Positions 11,417 to 20,892 of a DNA stretch of 64,000 nt are shown piece by piece. The stretch comes from Gemmatimonadota bacterium (GTDB lineage Bacteria; Gemmatimonadota; Gemmatimonadetes; Palauibacterales; Palauibacteraceae), in assembly GCA_039589295.1 (NCBI GenBank), contig JBDHHR010000004.1, positions 26,554 to 90,553 of the forward strand. Reading direction: 5' to 3'. Below the pieces are notes generated by a model. The model was given only the letters and a program-made list of their open reading frames with translations. It did no database searches and was not told where the DNA came from. How positions within the stretch are numbered: the stretch's first letter is position 1; each line of letters starts with the position of its first letter. The position numbers and the translations under genes are program-made.

Positions 11417-12353
11417 CGCTGAAAGCCTCCACGAATCTCTGGATCCCCTCCGAATCGTCGGCGGAGTAGACGGTCTGGCTGCGATCGATCCGCCGCAGGA
11501 GCCCGCTGAGAATCCTGCCGGGACCGATCTCCAACCAGCAGTCCGGGTCGCACTCCCGCATTGCCTCGACGCATTCTACCCACCGCACCGGGGAGGTCAA
11601 CTGCCGGACCAGAAGGACTCTCGCCAGCCCGCCGTCGGTCACTGGCCTGGCGGACGCGTTAGCTATGACCGGGAAAGCAGGGTCACGTAGCTCCACCGTC
11701 TCCAGCGCGGAAGCGAGCCCGCTCCGAGCGCTGTCCATCAGAGGCGAGTGGAAGGCGCCGCTCACGTTCAGCGGCACAGCCTTCCGCGCCCCTGCCTGCA
11801 GGGCCAACGCCGCCGCCCGCCCTACCGCGGGCACGTCGCCGCTGATGACGATCTGACCCGGCGCGTTGAAGTTGGCGGGAACAACAGTTCCGTCTCCTAC
11901 CTCTGCACACACTCTGCCCAGCACGTCGGGCTCGAGGCCGAGGACCGCCGCCATCGTACCGGGGCGTTCCCTTCCCGACGCCGCCATGAGTTCCCCACGC
12001 CGCCGCACCAGGCGGAGGGCATCTGAGAACTCCAGGGTTCCGGAAAGCAGGTAGGCAGTGAACTCTCCCAGCGAATGACCGGCGGCGACGACGGCCGCGC
12101 TCCGAGTCTCCTCCGGAAGAAGGCGCCACGCCGCGTAACTGTGGAGCAGGATTGCGGGCTGCGCGTTCTCCGTCCGCCTCAGCTCCTCTTCGGGACCTTC
12201 CCAGCAGATTCGGCTCAGGGGTAGTCCGAGCAGCTCATCCGCCTCCCGGTACACGTCACGTGCCCGGGTGTCCTCGCTGGCCAGACCGCGTCCCATTCCC
12301 ACGTATTGCGAACCCTGGCCGGGCAGCAGGAGGGCTATGCCGCCAACTCTCAC
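11403..12353 (-). CDS. fabD: Malonyl-CoA:ACP transacylase
   Basis: PGQGSQ, GHSLGE, VSGAFHSPLM; GTG at 12353 overlaps plsX stop. Confidence 0.95.
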   Translation of the reverse strand: MRVGGIALLLPGQGSQYVGMGRGLASEDTRARDVYREADELLGLPLSRICWEGPEEELRRTENAQPAILLHSYAAWRLLPEETRSAAVVAAGHSLGEFTAYLLSGTLEFSDALRLVRRRGELMAASGRERPGTMAAVLGLEPDVLGRVCAEVGDGTVVPANFNAPGQIVISGDVPAVGRAAALALQAGARKAVPLNVSGAFHSPLMDSARSGLASALETVELRDPAFPVIANASARPVTDGGLARVLLVRQLTSPVRWVECVEAMRECDPDCWLEIGPGRILSGLLRRIDRSQTVYSADDSEGIQRFVEAFSDARA

Positions 12354-13387
12354 GAGCTCTTTCTCTTCCTCCGGGCACGCACCCGGCGTGCCCTCCTCCA
12401 AGCGCTGACCGGTCGACCGGCACTCTTCAGATCGGCAGCCATGTCCTCTATCATGCCTGAGTCAACGCTCTGCGCCGCGACTCGAATGGCGTGCTTGATC
12501 GACTTCGCCGGCGAGCTCCCGTGGCAGATCACCGAGACGCCGTTCACGCCCAGCAACGGTGCCCCGCCGTATTCGGTGTAGTCGAGCACGCGGAAAACCT
12601 CGTCCAGTTCACCGGCGCCCGCCTCGGGACCCGGGGTCGTCGGCAGCAGACCTGCCACGAAGCCCGCTATGGACTCGTAGAACTTGAGCAGCACGTTTCC
12701 CACGAACCCATCGCACACCAGGACGTCGCATGCGCCCAGAATGATCCCATGGCCTTCTACGTTGCCGACGAAATGCAGCGACGGATCCTGACGCAGAAGC
12801 CGATGCGCGGCCAACGACAGCTCATCGCCCTTCTCGATCTCCTCCCCCACATTCAGGAGACCCACACGTGGTCGCTCGAGGCCCAGGAGGTCGCGCATGT
12901 AGACGGTGCCCAGATGCGCGAACTGGTGAAGATGGGCCGGCCGAGTGTCAACGTTGGCGCCGACATCCAGAACCAGAGTCGGCGTCGCCGCAGTCGGAAA
13001 CACCGCTCCGATCGCCGGACGGTCAACGCCCGGCAGAGCACCGAGCAGCAGCAGCGAGGCGGCCATCACCGCGCCGGTGGATCCGGCAGAGATGAAGGCG
13101 TCGGCCCCTCCATCACGCAGCAGCTCGACACCCACGACGATCGAGCTGTCCCGTTTGCGTCGCACCGCCTGGACAGGAGGCTCATACATATCGATGAGCT
13201 GGCTCGCAGGAGCGATGCTCAGTCCGGAAGGAATTGGCGAGGGAAGCGCGGCCGAGAGGGGGTCAGGCTGGCCTACGAGCACCACCTCGAACCGCCCCGG
13301 CCATTCCGCGAGGGCCGATAGCGCGCCGGCAATCAATACTTCCGGCGCACCGTCTCCTCCCATCGCGTCCAGTGCGATCCGCAGCAC
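12350..13387 (-). CDS. plsX: Phosphate acyltransferase PlsX
   Basis: IALDAMGGD, LDVGAN, CDGFVGNVLLK, GGAPLLGVNG, CHGSS. Confidence 0.96.
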   Translation of the reverse strand: MLRIALDAMGGDGAPEVLIAGALSALAEWPGRFEVVLVGQPDPLSAALPSPIPSGLSIAPASQLIDMYEPPVQAVRRKRDSSIVVGVELLRDGGADAFISAGSTGAVMAASLLLLGALPGVDRPAIGAVFPTAATPTLVLDVGANVDTRPAHLHQFAHLGTVYMRDLLGLERPRVGLLNVGEEIEKGDELSLAAHRLLRQDPSLHFVGNVEGHGIILGACDVLVCDGFVGNVLLKFYESIAGFVAGLLPTTPGPEAGAGELDEVFRVLDYTEYGGAPLLGVNGVSVICHGSSPAKSIKHAIRVAAQSVDSGMIEDMAADLKSAGRPVSAWRRARRVRARRKRKSS

Positions 13388-13404
13388 GTCGCGTCACCAG
13401 CTCC

Positions 13405-13587
13405 CTAGAACTCCTCGGTGCGGACTACCTCCCGGTCGGCGTAGTAGCCGCAAGACGGGCACACCCTGTGCGGCCGCCGTGGGTCGCCACAACGCGGACA
13501 GGCCTGATGGGGCGTCCCCGACGCCGCGTGGTGGGTCCGACGCTTCCTCTTGCGCTGCTTGGAGGTTCGTTTCTTGGGTACTGCCAT
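13405..13587 (-). CDS. rpmF: 50S ribosomal protein L32 (Zn-ribbon type)
   Basis: MAVPKKRTSK...CPRCG...PHRVCPSCGYY. Confidence 0.97.
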   Translation of the reverse strand: MAVPKKRTSKQRKRKRRTHHAASGTPHQACPRCGDPRRPHRVCPSCGYYADREVVRTEEF

Positions 13588-13648
13588 GATCTCGGTCCCT
13601 GCCCAGAAGGCTGTTGAGTAGCTGGCCGCGTAAACGGACGGCTTCCGC

Positions 13649-14182
13649 TCACTCGTCCCGGGGCAATTCCTTAAGCGCCGCCCAGCGGAAATCGATCTCC
13701 TCGCCGCCGCAGTCGCAGGTCCTCTCGTTCAAGTTAACGCCACAGCGCGGGCACAAGCCGCGGCAGTCCGGACCGCAGACCGGAAACTCCGGCAGAGCCA
13801 GGAGAAGCTCCTCACGCAGCGGCCGAAGCAGATCCAGCGTGCCGGCATCCGGATCCAGCGCGTACACGCCAGCCTCTTCTTCCCACAGCCCCACGGCCGG
13901 CTCGAACCACAGGTCCAGGCCCATTTCCACCGGCCAGACGAGCTCCTCCAGGCAGCGGCGGCAGTCCACACGCAGCCTGGCCGAGAGCCGACCGGTGAGG
14001 TGAACCCTCCCCTCACCGGAACCCGTCAACCGAAGCCGGGCCTGCGGCGCATCGGTGAACCGCAGCTCCGGCGCCGACCACAAGCCCGGTTCTCTCGGGA
14101 TCTCTCCCTGCCACTCCACGGCTCCCGTCCGTACCCGATCGAGCGGGACGCCGCCTGCCGGAAAGCCGCTATTCTTAGTCAT
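13649..14182 (-). CDS. YceD / DUF177 family protein (start uncertain)
   Basis: CRRCL and CGPDCRGLCPRCGVNLN...CDC, RWAALK; upstream of rpmF. Confidence 0.88.
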   Translation of the reverse strand: MTKNSGFPAGGVPLDRVRTGAVEWQGEIPREPGLWSAPELRFTDAPQARLRLTGSGEGRVHLTGRLSARLRVDCRRCLEELVWPVEMGLDLWFEPAVGLWEEEAGVYALDPDAGTLDLLRPLREELLLALPEFPVCGPDCRGLCPRCGVNLNERTCDCGGEEIDFRWAALKELPRDE

Positions 14183-14243
14183 TTCTCGCGCCCGTGTCAA
14201 TCGGCATCGGCCCGGGCTGTCCCCGAGCCGAGTGGGCCGGGCT

Positions 14244-14663
14244 CTACCGTCGTTCTGGACCTGGGAAGAAGAAGGCTATCTCGATCGCCGCGCTCTCCGG
14301 CGAGTCGGACGCATGGATCGCGTTGCGCTCCTTGCTCTCCGCGTAAAGCGCTCGGATGGTGCCCTCCTCGGCCTCCGCCGGATCAGTCGCACCGATGACT
14401 TCTCGGAGCTTCGGCACGGCGCCCTCTGCTCGGAGAACAAGCGGCATGCACGGCCCCGACGTCATGAACGCAACCAGTGGCTCGAAGAACGGCCGGCCAC
14501 GATGTACGGCGTAGAACTCCTCCGCCTGCTCCTCGGTCAGGTGCACGACGCGCGCGGCCGCGACCAGGAAGCCGTGCTCCTCCAAGTGCGCCAGGATCTT
14601 CCCGGACTCTCCTCTTCCGAACGCATCCGGCTTGATAATCGCGAGGGTCTCTGTCCAGCTCAT
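14244..14663 (-). CDS. ndk: Nucleoside diphosphate kinase
   Basis: TLAIIKPDA, FYAVHRGRPFF, GATDP, NAIHASDS. Confidence 0.97.
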   Translation of the reverse strand: MSWTETLAIIKPDAFGRGESGKILAHLEEHGFLVAAARVVHLTEEQAEEFYAVHRGRPFFEPLVAFMTSGPCMPLVLRAEGAVPKLREVIGATDPAEAEEGTIRALYAESKERNAIHASDSPESAAIEIAFFFPGPERR

Positions 14664-14700
14664 ATCGAAGTCGTGTCCACCGTACCGTCGTCCCTGGCCG

Positions 14701-15612
14701 TCAACCCGCCGCGCCGGAGGCACGCTGCCCTGATTGCGTGTCTCCCAGCCGGTCTCGAACGAGGCCGGCCACTTCGGCCGGGCGACCGGCCACCGATATT
14801 CCGCAGTCGCGGAACGCCTTGATCTTCTCGGCCGCCGTTCCCTCGGAACCTGAGATGATAGCTCCCGCGTGCCCCATGCGGCGGCCCGGTGGAGCCGTCT
14901 GGCCCGCGATGAAGCCTACCACGGGCTTGGTCATGCTGTCGCGCACGTATTCCGCGGCGACCTGCTCGTCGGTCCCTCCGATCTCCCCGATCAGAGCCAC
15001 CGCCCGCGTCCGATCGTCTTCTTCGAAAGCCTGCAGACAGTCGACGAAGTCGGTCCCGATCAACGGGTCGCCGCCGATGCCCACGCAAGTGGATTGACCG
15101 ATACCGCCCCGGGTGAGCTGGAAGATGACCTCGTAGGTCAGAGTTCCGGATCGGCTCACGATCCCCACCGGTCCAGGCGACACGATCTGCCCCGGCAGGA
15201 TGCCCACCTTGCACGCGCCCGGAGAGATGAGCCCGGGACAGTTGGGCCCCACCAGTCTCGCGCCCTTTTCCCTGACGTAGGGCAGCGCTCGCATCATCCG
15301 GTGGACCGGCACGCCCTCCGTAATACAGACTATGAGTCCAATTCCAGCGTCCGCGGCCTCACAGATCGCGTCCGCGGCAAAGGCAGCCGGTACATAAATG
15401 ACGCTCGTGTCGGCACCGGTCTCCGACACGGCTTCCGCCACCGTATGAAACACGGGAACCACATCGTCGAACGTCTGGCCGCCCTTGCCGGGGGTCACCC
15501 CCGCGACGACCTTCGTTCCATACTCGATCATCTGCCGCGTGTGGAACGATCCGTCGCGCCCGGTCATCCCCTGAACTACGAGACGCGTGCTCCCATCTAT
15601 GAATATGCTCAT
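14701..15612 (-). CDS. sucD: Succinyl-CoA ligase alpha subunit
   Basis: [38 protein letters not shown]. Confidence 0.97.
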   Translation of the reverse strand: MSIFIDGSTRLVVQGMTGRDGSFHTRQMIEYGTKVVAGVTPGKGGQTFDDVVPVFHTVAEAVSETGADTSVIYVPAAFAADAICEAADAGIGLIVCITEGVPVHRMMRALPYVREKGARLVGPNCPGLISPGACKVGILPGQIVSPGPVGIVSRSGTLTYEVIFQLTRGGIGQSTCVGIGGDPLIGTDFVDCLQAFEEDDRTRAVALIGEIGGTDEQVAAEYVRDSMTKPVVGFIAGQTAPPGRRMGHAGAIISGSEGTAAEKIKAFRDCGISVAGRPAEVAGLVRDRLGDTQSGQRASGAAG

Positions 15613-15658
15613 TCTCTCAGGATCTCCTTAACGCTTGAACACGCCCGAGGCGGGACGG

Positions 15659-16801
15659 CTACGCCGCCGGCTCGCTCGCCAGCTCCACCGCGCGCTGTAC
15701 CACATCCTCCATATCGGTCATTGCCGCGAAGCCGTGTTCCCGTAGGATTTCCACCGCCTCGTCCTCATTAGTCCCGGTCAGACGAATGGCGATCGGTATG
15801 TCGATATCGATCCGACGCGTGGCCTCTACTATTCCATTCGCCACGTCGTCGCAGCGGGTGATGCCGCCGAAGATGTTGAACAGGATGGACCTGACGTTCG
15901 GGTCAGCGGTGATGATCTCGAGCGCTGCCACCACTTTGTCGGGGCTCGACGACCCTCCGATGTCCAGGAAATTGGCCGGACTCCCACCGTAGTGCTTGAC
16001 CAGGTCCATGGTGGCCATGGCCAGGCCGGCGCCGTTCACGCAGCAACCGACGTCGCCGTCAAGCTTTATGTAGCTGAGGCCCGCCTCCCGCGCCTTTCGC
16101 TCCGCAGGGTCCTCCGCCTCCGCATCCCGCATGGCTTCGACCTCGGGGAGGTTGAAGAGAGCATTGTCGTCGATGTTCATCTTGGCGTCGATGGCCAGGA
16201 CTTCCTCTTCTCCAGAGGTGATCAGCGGGTTGATTTCAGCCAGCGTGGCTCCGACCGCCAGGTATGCCTCGTATAGCTGCAGGATGATCTTCGCGGCCTG
16301 GCGCGCGAGCTGTGGATCGGCATACAGCTTGTACGCGAGCCCCACAGATTGGTGCGGGAAGAGACCGAAGCGAGGATCCACCGACAGCTTGTGAATCGCC
16401 GCGGGGTTCGTAGCGGCCACTTCCTCGATGTCGATGCCGCCTTCGGCCGAGACCATTACCACCGAGCTCTGTGAGCCGCGGTCCATGGCGATCCCGACGT
16501 AGGCCTCCGAAGCGATGTCGGCTGACGGCGTCACCAGAACCTGGCCCACGGTCAGGCCCTTTATCTGCATCCCCAGAATTCGCTCGGCCGCCGCCCTGGC
16601 CTCCGAAGGCGATTCGGCCAGCTTCACGCCGCCGGCCTTCCCACGCCCACCTGCGTGCACCTGGGCCTTGACCACTACTGTTCCACCGTACTCCCGCGCC
16701 AACGCCTCCGCCTCCTCAGGGGTGCGAGCGATCCTGCCCGGTGGCACCGGTATCCCGTGCGAGCGAAAGATCTCCTTCGCCTGATACTCGTGGATGTTCA
16801 T
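15659..16801 (-). CDS. sucC: Succinyl-CoA ligase beta subunit
   Basis: MNIHEYQAK, KAQVHAGGRGKAGGV, NGAGLAMATMD, PANFLDIGG, NIFGGITRCD. Confidence 0.97.
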   Translation of the reverse strand: MNIHEYQAKEIFRSHGIPVPPGRIARTPEEAEALAREYGGTVVVKAQVHAGGRGKAGGVKLAESPSEARAAAERILGMQIKGLTVGQVLVTPSADIASEAYVGIAMDRGSQSSVVMVSAEGGIDIEEVAATNPAAIHKLSVDPRFGLFPHQSVGLAYKLYADPQLARQAAKIILQLYEAYLAVGATLAEINPLITSGEEEVLAIDAKMNIDDNALFNLPEVEAMRDAEAEDPAERKAREAGLSYIKLDGDVGCCVNGAGLAMATMDLVKHYGGSPANFLDIGGSSSPDKVVAALEIITADPNVRSILFNIFGGITRCDDVANGIVEATRRIDIDIPIAIRLTGTNEDEAVEILREHGFAAMTDMEDVVQRAVELASEPAA

Positions 16802-16841
16802 GGTCGTCCGTCTTCTCTCGGCAGTCGTGTGCGCCGGACGG

Positions 16842-17795
16842 TCACCCGTCCGGAACGATCGACGTTCCGACTTTGCCGGCCAGCGCCGCCGGGCCTTCCT
16901 CGAGCGCAGCGATGATCGCCCGCTCGCCCCCATTCTCGACGAAGTGCATGGCCGCTTCGACTTTCGGCGCCATGCTGCCGCTTCCCAACTGCCCGCTGGC
17001 CATCAGCAGGCGCGTCTCGCTGGCCGTCAGAACCGGCAGGCGGCGCGCCTCGGGCGTTCCCCAGTTCTCGTATACCCCGTCCACATCCGTGAGAATAAGC
17101 AGGATTGCTGCCCCGATCTCGTTTGCCAGCAGGGACGCTGCCCGGTCCTTGTCCACCACCGCGTCCACCCCTTCCGTCCCCAGGCGGGCGTCCCGGTACA
17201 CAGGTATTCCGCCGCCGCCGGCGGCTATTACGATTTCCCCGCGAGCCACAAGTTCGGCTACCACGCGCGACTCGCAGATCTGTACGGGAATCGGGCTGGG
17301 AACCCGCCGGCGCAGGTTTCCTCTGGAATCCTCCTCGATGCGAGTTCCGTCGGCCCGCAACGCGTCCGCTACCTCGGGTGATATCTTCCGACCGATGAAC
17401 TTCGTGGGTTCGCGCATGGACGGATCGTCCGGGGCGACTCGAGCCTGCGTGATGATGGTCACGACACGACGAGAGCTGCCGGCAGCCTCGAGAGCGTTCT
17501 GAAGAGACTGCTGGATCATGTACCCTATCCACCCGGCCGTAGAGGCGACGAGCACGCCCAGCGGAAGCTGGCTCACGACGGCACGCGCCATCTCGTTGCG
17601 CAGCAGTTCGTCCCCTACCTGCGGCCCGTTCCCGTGGACAATGGCTATCTTCCAGCCATCCAGGGCAAACTCCACGATCGAGCGGAGGCTCTCGCGCGTG
17701 TGGCGAAACTGGTTGTGCACCGAGGCGGACTCTCCCGAGGGAGAGAGTGCGTTCCCGCCGATTGCCACCACCACCGCTTTTTCGCCCTCCAACAT
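16842..17795 (-). CDS. arcC: Carbamate kinase
   Basis: VVAIGGNAL, HGNGPQVG, PTKFIG, RRRVPSP, GGGGIPV, AVVDKD, GSMAPKV. Confidence 0.93.
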   Translation of the reverse strand: MLEGEKAVVVAIGGNALSPSGESASVHNQFRHTRESLRSIVEFALDGWKIAIVHGNGPQVGDELLRNEMARAVVSQLPLGVLVASTAGWIGYMIQQSLQNALEAAGSSRRVVTIITQARVAPDDPSMREPTKFIGRKISPEVADALRADGTRIEEDSRGNLRRRVPSPIPVQICESRVVAELVARGEIVIAAGGGGIPVYRDARLGTEGVDAVVDKDRAASLLANEIGAAILLILTDVDGVYENWGTPEARRLPVLTASETRLLMASGQLGSGSMAPKVEAAMHFVENGGERAIIAALEEGPAALAGKVGTSIVPDG

Positions 17796-17858
17796 TATCT
17801 CCCGACCATCCTCTTCCGCCGCGCCCGGCATTCCTGACCGGCCCGCGATTCGTCGGCC

Positions 17859-19232
17859 CTATTCCAATTCAGGGACTTCTACATCTTCTGCGGACAGGTA
17901 CTCGGCGACCTCGTCCCGGATCCGCTGAAGCGCGTCTTCCGTATCGGCTTCGAACCGTAGCACGATTACCGGCTGGGTGTTGCTCGCGCGAATCAGTGCC
18001 CAGCCGTCGTCGAACTCGATCCTCGCCCCATCGATGTCCTGGACACGATAGTCGCGCCTGAAATGCTCGACGGCCCGAGCGACCACTTCGAACTTGACCG
18101 CCTCGGGACAGTCGACTCTGAGCTCCGGCGTGGACGGATACGCCGGGATCTCCGCGGCAAGCTCCGACAGTGACCGCCCCGATCGCTGCACTAGACCTGC
18201 CAGGCGAGCCGCTGCGTAGATCGCATCGTCAAACCCGAAGTATTTGTCTGCAAAGCATATATGGCCGCTCATTTCACCTGCTACTGGAGCTCCCGATACT
18301 TTCATTCGTTCCTTTATCAGCGAGTGGCCGGTTTTCCACATGACCGGTCGACCTCCCGCCCGCAGGATCATCTCCGGAAGCGCCTTCGAGCACTTGACGT
18401 CGAATATGACCTCGGCCCCCGGGTACTCGGGAAGGATGTCCAGAGCGTAGAGAAGCAACAGGTGATCTCCGCGCACGATCCCGCCTTTCTCCGTGACGGC
18501 TCCTATCCGGTCCGCGTCCCCATCAAGTCCGACGCCGAGCGCGGCACCGGTCCGCCGGACGGCGGAGATGAGATCCACCAGGTTGTGGTCGACGGTTGGG
18601 TCCGGATGGTGGTTCGGGAATGTGCCGTCCGATTCACAGTACAGGCATTCCACCTCTATGCCCGCCCTCGCCAGTGCCTCTGGCGCGACCACGCTTCCCG
18701 TACCGTTTCCGCAGTCGAGCACCATGCGTATCGGACCTTGCAGTAGTGCTCGGTTGCCGATCTCGGCACTGTAGCTCTCGAGGATCTCGACCCGTCGTGT
18801 CCGTCCGGCGCCCGCGGCGTAACGGTCGCTCTCGATGGCTTCCCCGAGCTTCTGTATCTCGTCGCCGTACACGGACCTGTCGCCAGCGATCATCTTGATC
18901 CCGTTGTACTCGGGCGGGTTGTGCGATCCCGTGATTTGAACTCCAGCGTCCGTCTCGAACACGCGACTGGCGTAATACAGGGCCGGAGTGGGCACCGTAT
19001 CGGCCAGCAGCACGTCCGCCCCGGTCGCATTCAGACCGGCGCACATGGCGGCCGCGAGCTCCGGTGAACTTGGCCGGTTGTCATGACCCACGGCCACCGT
19101 GGGCGCCCGAGCCGTCTGCCGCAGACGGCTGCCGAAGGCGCGTCCGACGGCATCCGCTACCTCGGCGGTAAGGTCGTCGCCGACGACGCCGCGAATGTCG
19201 TACTCGCGAAAGATCGTCTTCGAAACTCTCAT
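17859..19232 (-). CDS. Phosphomannomutase/phosphoglucomutase
   Basis: IFREYDIRG, ITGSHNPPEYNG, DGDADR, GEMSGH, RASNTQP. Confidence 0.95.
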   Translation of the reverse strand: MRVSKTIFREYDIRGVVGDDLTAEVADAVGRAFGSRLRQTARAPTVAVGHDNRPSSPELAAAMCAGLNATGADVLLADTVPTPALYYASRVFETDAGVQITGSHNPPEYNGIKMIAGDRSVYGDEIQKLGEAIESDRYAAGAGRTRRVEILESYSAEIGNRALLQGPIRMVLDCGNGTGSVVAPEALARAGIEVECLYCESDGTFPNHHPDPTVDHNLVDLISAVRRTGAALGVGLDGDADRIGAVTEKGGIVRGDHLLLLYALDILPEYPGAEVIFDVKCSKALPEMILRAGGRPVMWKTGHSLIKERMKVSGAPVAGEMSGHICFADKYFGFDDAIYAAARLAGLVQRSGRSLSELAAEIPAYPSTPELRVDCPEAVKFEVVARAVEHFRRDYRVQDIDGARIEFDDGWALIRASNTQPVIVLRFEADTEDALQRIRDEVAEYLSAEDVEVPELE

Positions 19233-19334
19233 CCGGGTCTCGCTACCCTAGAGGACCTGCTCGAGCGAAGAAGAAAGTGCGTGCGCTCGAACGCCTCCAC
19301 CGAAGCCGAGCGCAGGACGCCGGTGGGACGCCGC

Positions 19335-20882
19335 TCAGTCGCCGATCGCCTGTTCCGAGCTCTCGCGCATCGGGGTGACCGGCGCTTCCAGCGGTACTAC
19401 GTGCCGCGGGACGAGGTCCTCGCCGACTCGCTCCACCGCACGCAGGGCGGATCCCGGAAAGAGCCCGGCGGCCACAACGACCGCCGCGGAAATCACCGCC
19501 GCCAGACGGTACGCGGCCCCCGGCGCGGCGATTATCGGCGCGTCCTCCGGGGCCACCTCGAAGTACATCTTCCAGATTACCCTGAGGTAGTAGTAGTACG
19601 AGACGAAGCTCATCAGCACGAGGGTGACCGCCAGGAATGTCTCGCCAGCGTCGACGGCCGCCCTGAGGAGATACAGCTTGCCGATGAACCCGCCGGTGGG
19701 CGGGAATCCAGCCAGAGACAGGAGAAAGATGCCAAAGATGGCTCCCAGAAACGGTCGCCGCCAGCCCAAGCCCCTGTAATCGGCCAGGGTTCCCCGCTGG
19801 TCACCCTTCCCGGCCACCACGTAAACGATGGCGAACGCTCCCAGGGTCATCACCGCGTAGACGGCCAGGTAGAAGACCGTTGCGGACCGGCCCAGAGAGT
19901 TGGCCGCGACGACACCCACCAGCAGGTAGCCGCCGTGAGCTATGGAAGAATAGGCGAGCATCCTCTTGACGTCGTCCTGTGCCAGGGCGATGAGGTTGGG
20001 AACCAGCATCGTGAGCACGGCGAGCCACCACATAATCGCCTGCCACACGGGCATCGCAGGCTCCAGCTCGACCGTGACCAGGCGAATGATCGCGGCGAAG
20101 GCAGCCGCCTTCACTCCCGCGGCCATGTAGCCGGTCACCGGTGTGGGCGCACCTTCATAGACGTCCGGCGTCCACATATGGAACGGAACCGCCGAGATCT
20201 TGAAGGCGAAGCCCACTGCCAGAAGAGTGACTCCAGCAAGCAGGAGGAAGTTGCGGTCGCCCACGCCTCGCGCGACCTCCGACGTCACCAACGCGAGGTT
20301 CGTGCTTCCGGCAGCACCGAAGATGAGTGCTATTCCGTACAGGAGGAAGCCGCTGGCAAAGGCTCCCATGAGGAAGTACTTGAGGGCCGCTTCGGCGGAC
20401 CGCGGGTCGCGTCGGTTCATGCCCGTCAGCACGTAGACCGACAGCGACATCAGCTCCAGTCCCACGAACACGACTATCAGATCTCGCGATCCGGCCAGCA
20501 ACATCATGCCGACCGCCGCCATCAGGAACAGGAAGTAATACTCTCCGATGTTGAGCTCTTCCCGATCCAGGTAGTCGAACGAGAAGAGAAGGCCCAAAGC
20601 CACGGCTCCCAGGACGATGAAGTTGGTAGCCACGCGGAACGTGTCCACCGCGATCATCGCGCTGCGTCCGGGTACATCGAATGTGAGGAGATATGCGTTG
20701 GCGGCGACCGCCACCAGCACCCCGGCCAGCGTGGCCTGCCCCACCCACCTGCCGCTCTGCCCGCCCCGGTGGCCACGCTGCCATACGTCCGCCACAAGAA
20801 CCACGATTCCGACCACCGACAGCACCGCCTCAGGCAGGAGTGCCCAGAGAAAGTGCACCGGGGAGCTGAAGTCCAGGATCAC
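19335..20882 (-). CDS. nuoN: NADH-quinone oxidoreductase subunit N
   Basis: EAALKYFLMG, FKISAVPFHMWTPDVYEGAP, KRMLAYSSIAH. Confidence 0.96.
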   Translation of the reverse strand: MILDFSSPVHFLWALLPEAVLSVVGIVVLVADVWQRGHRGGQSGRWVGQATLAGVLVAVAANAYLLTFDVPGRSAMIAVDTFRVATNFIVLGAVALGLLFSFDYLDREELNIGEYYFLFLMAAVGMMLLAGSRDLIVVFVGLELMSLSVYVLTGMNRRDPRSAEAALKYFLMGAFASGFLLYGIALIFGAAGSTNLALVTSEVARGVGDRNFLLLAGVTLLAVGFAFKISAVPFHMWTPDVYEGAPTPVTGYMAAGVKAAAFAAIIRLVTVELEPAMPVWQAIMWWLAVLTMLVPNLIALAQDDVKRMLAYSSIAHGGYLLVGVVAANSLGRSATVFYLAVYAVMTLGAFAIVYVVAGKGDQRGTLADYRGLGWRRPFLGAIFGIFLLSLAGFPPTGGFIGKLYLLRAAVDAGETFLAVTLVLMSFVSYYYYLRVIWKMYFEVAPEDAPIIAAPGAAYRLAAVISAAVVVAAGLFPGSALRAVERVGEDLVPRHVVPLEAPVTPMRESSEQAIGD

Positions 20883-20892
20883 CTGATTATTC

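Noticed and set aside
14170-14200. Promoter upstream of yceD (TTGACA...TAAGAAT)
   Set aside because: -10 box imperfect and conflicts with candidate start codons; not enough support
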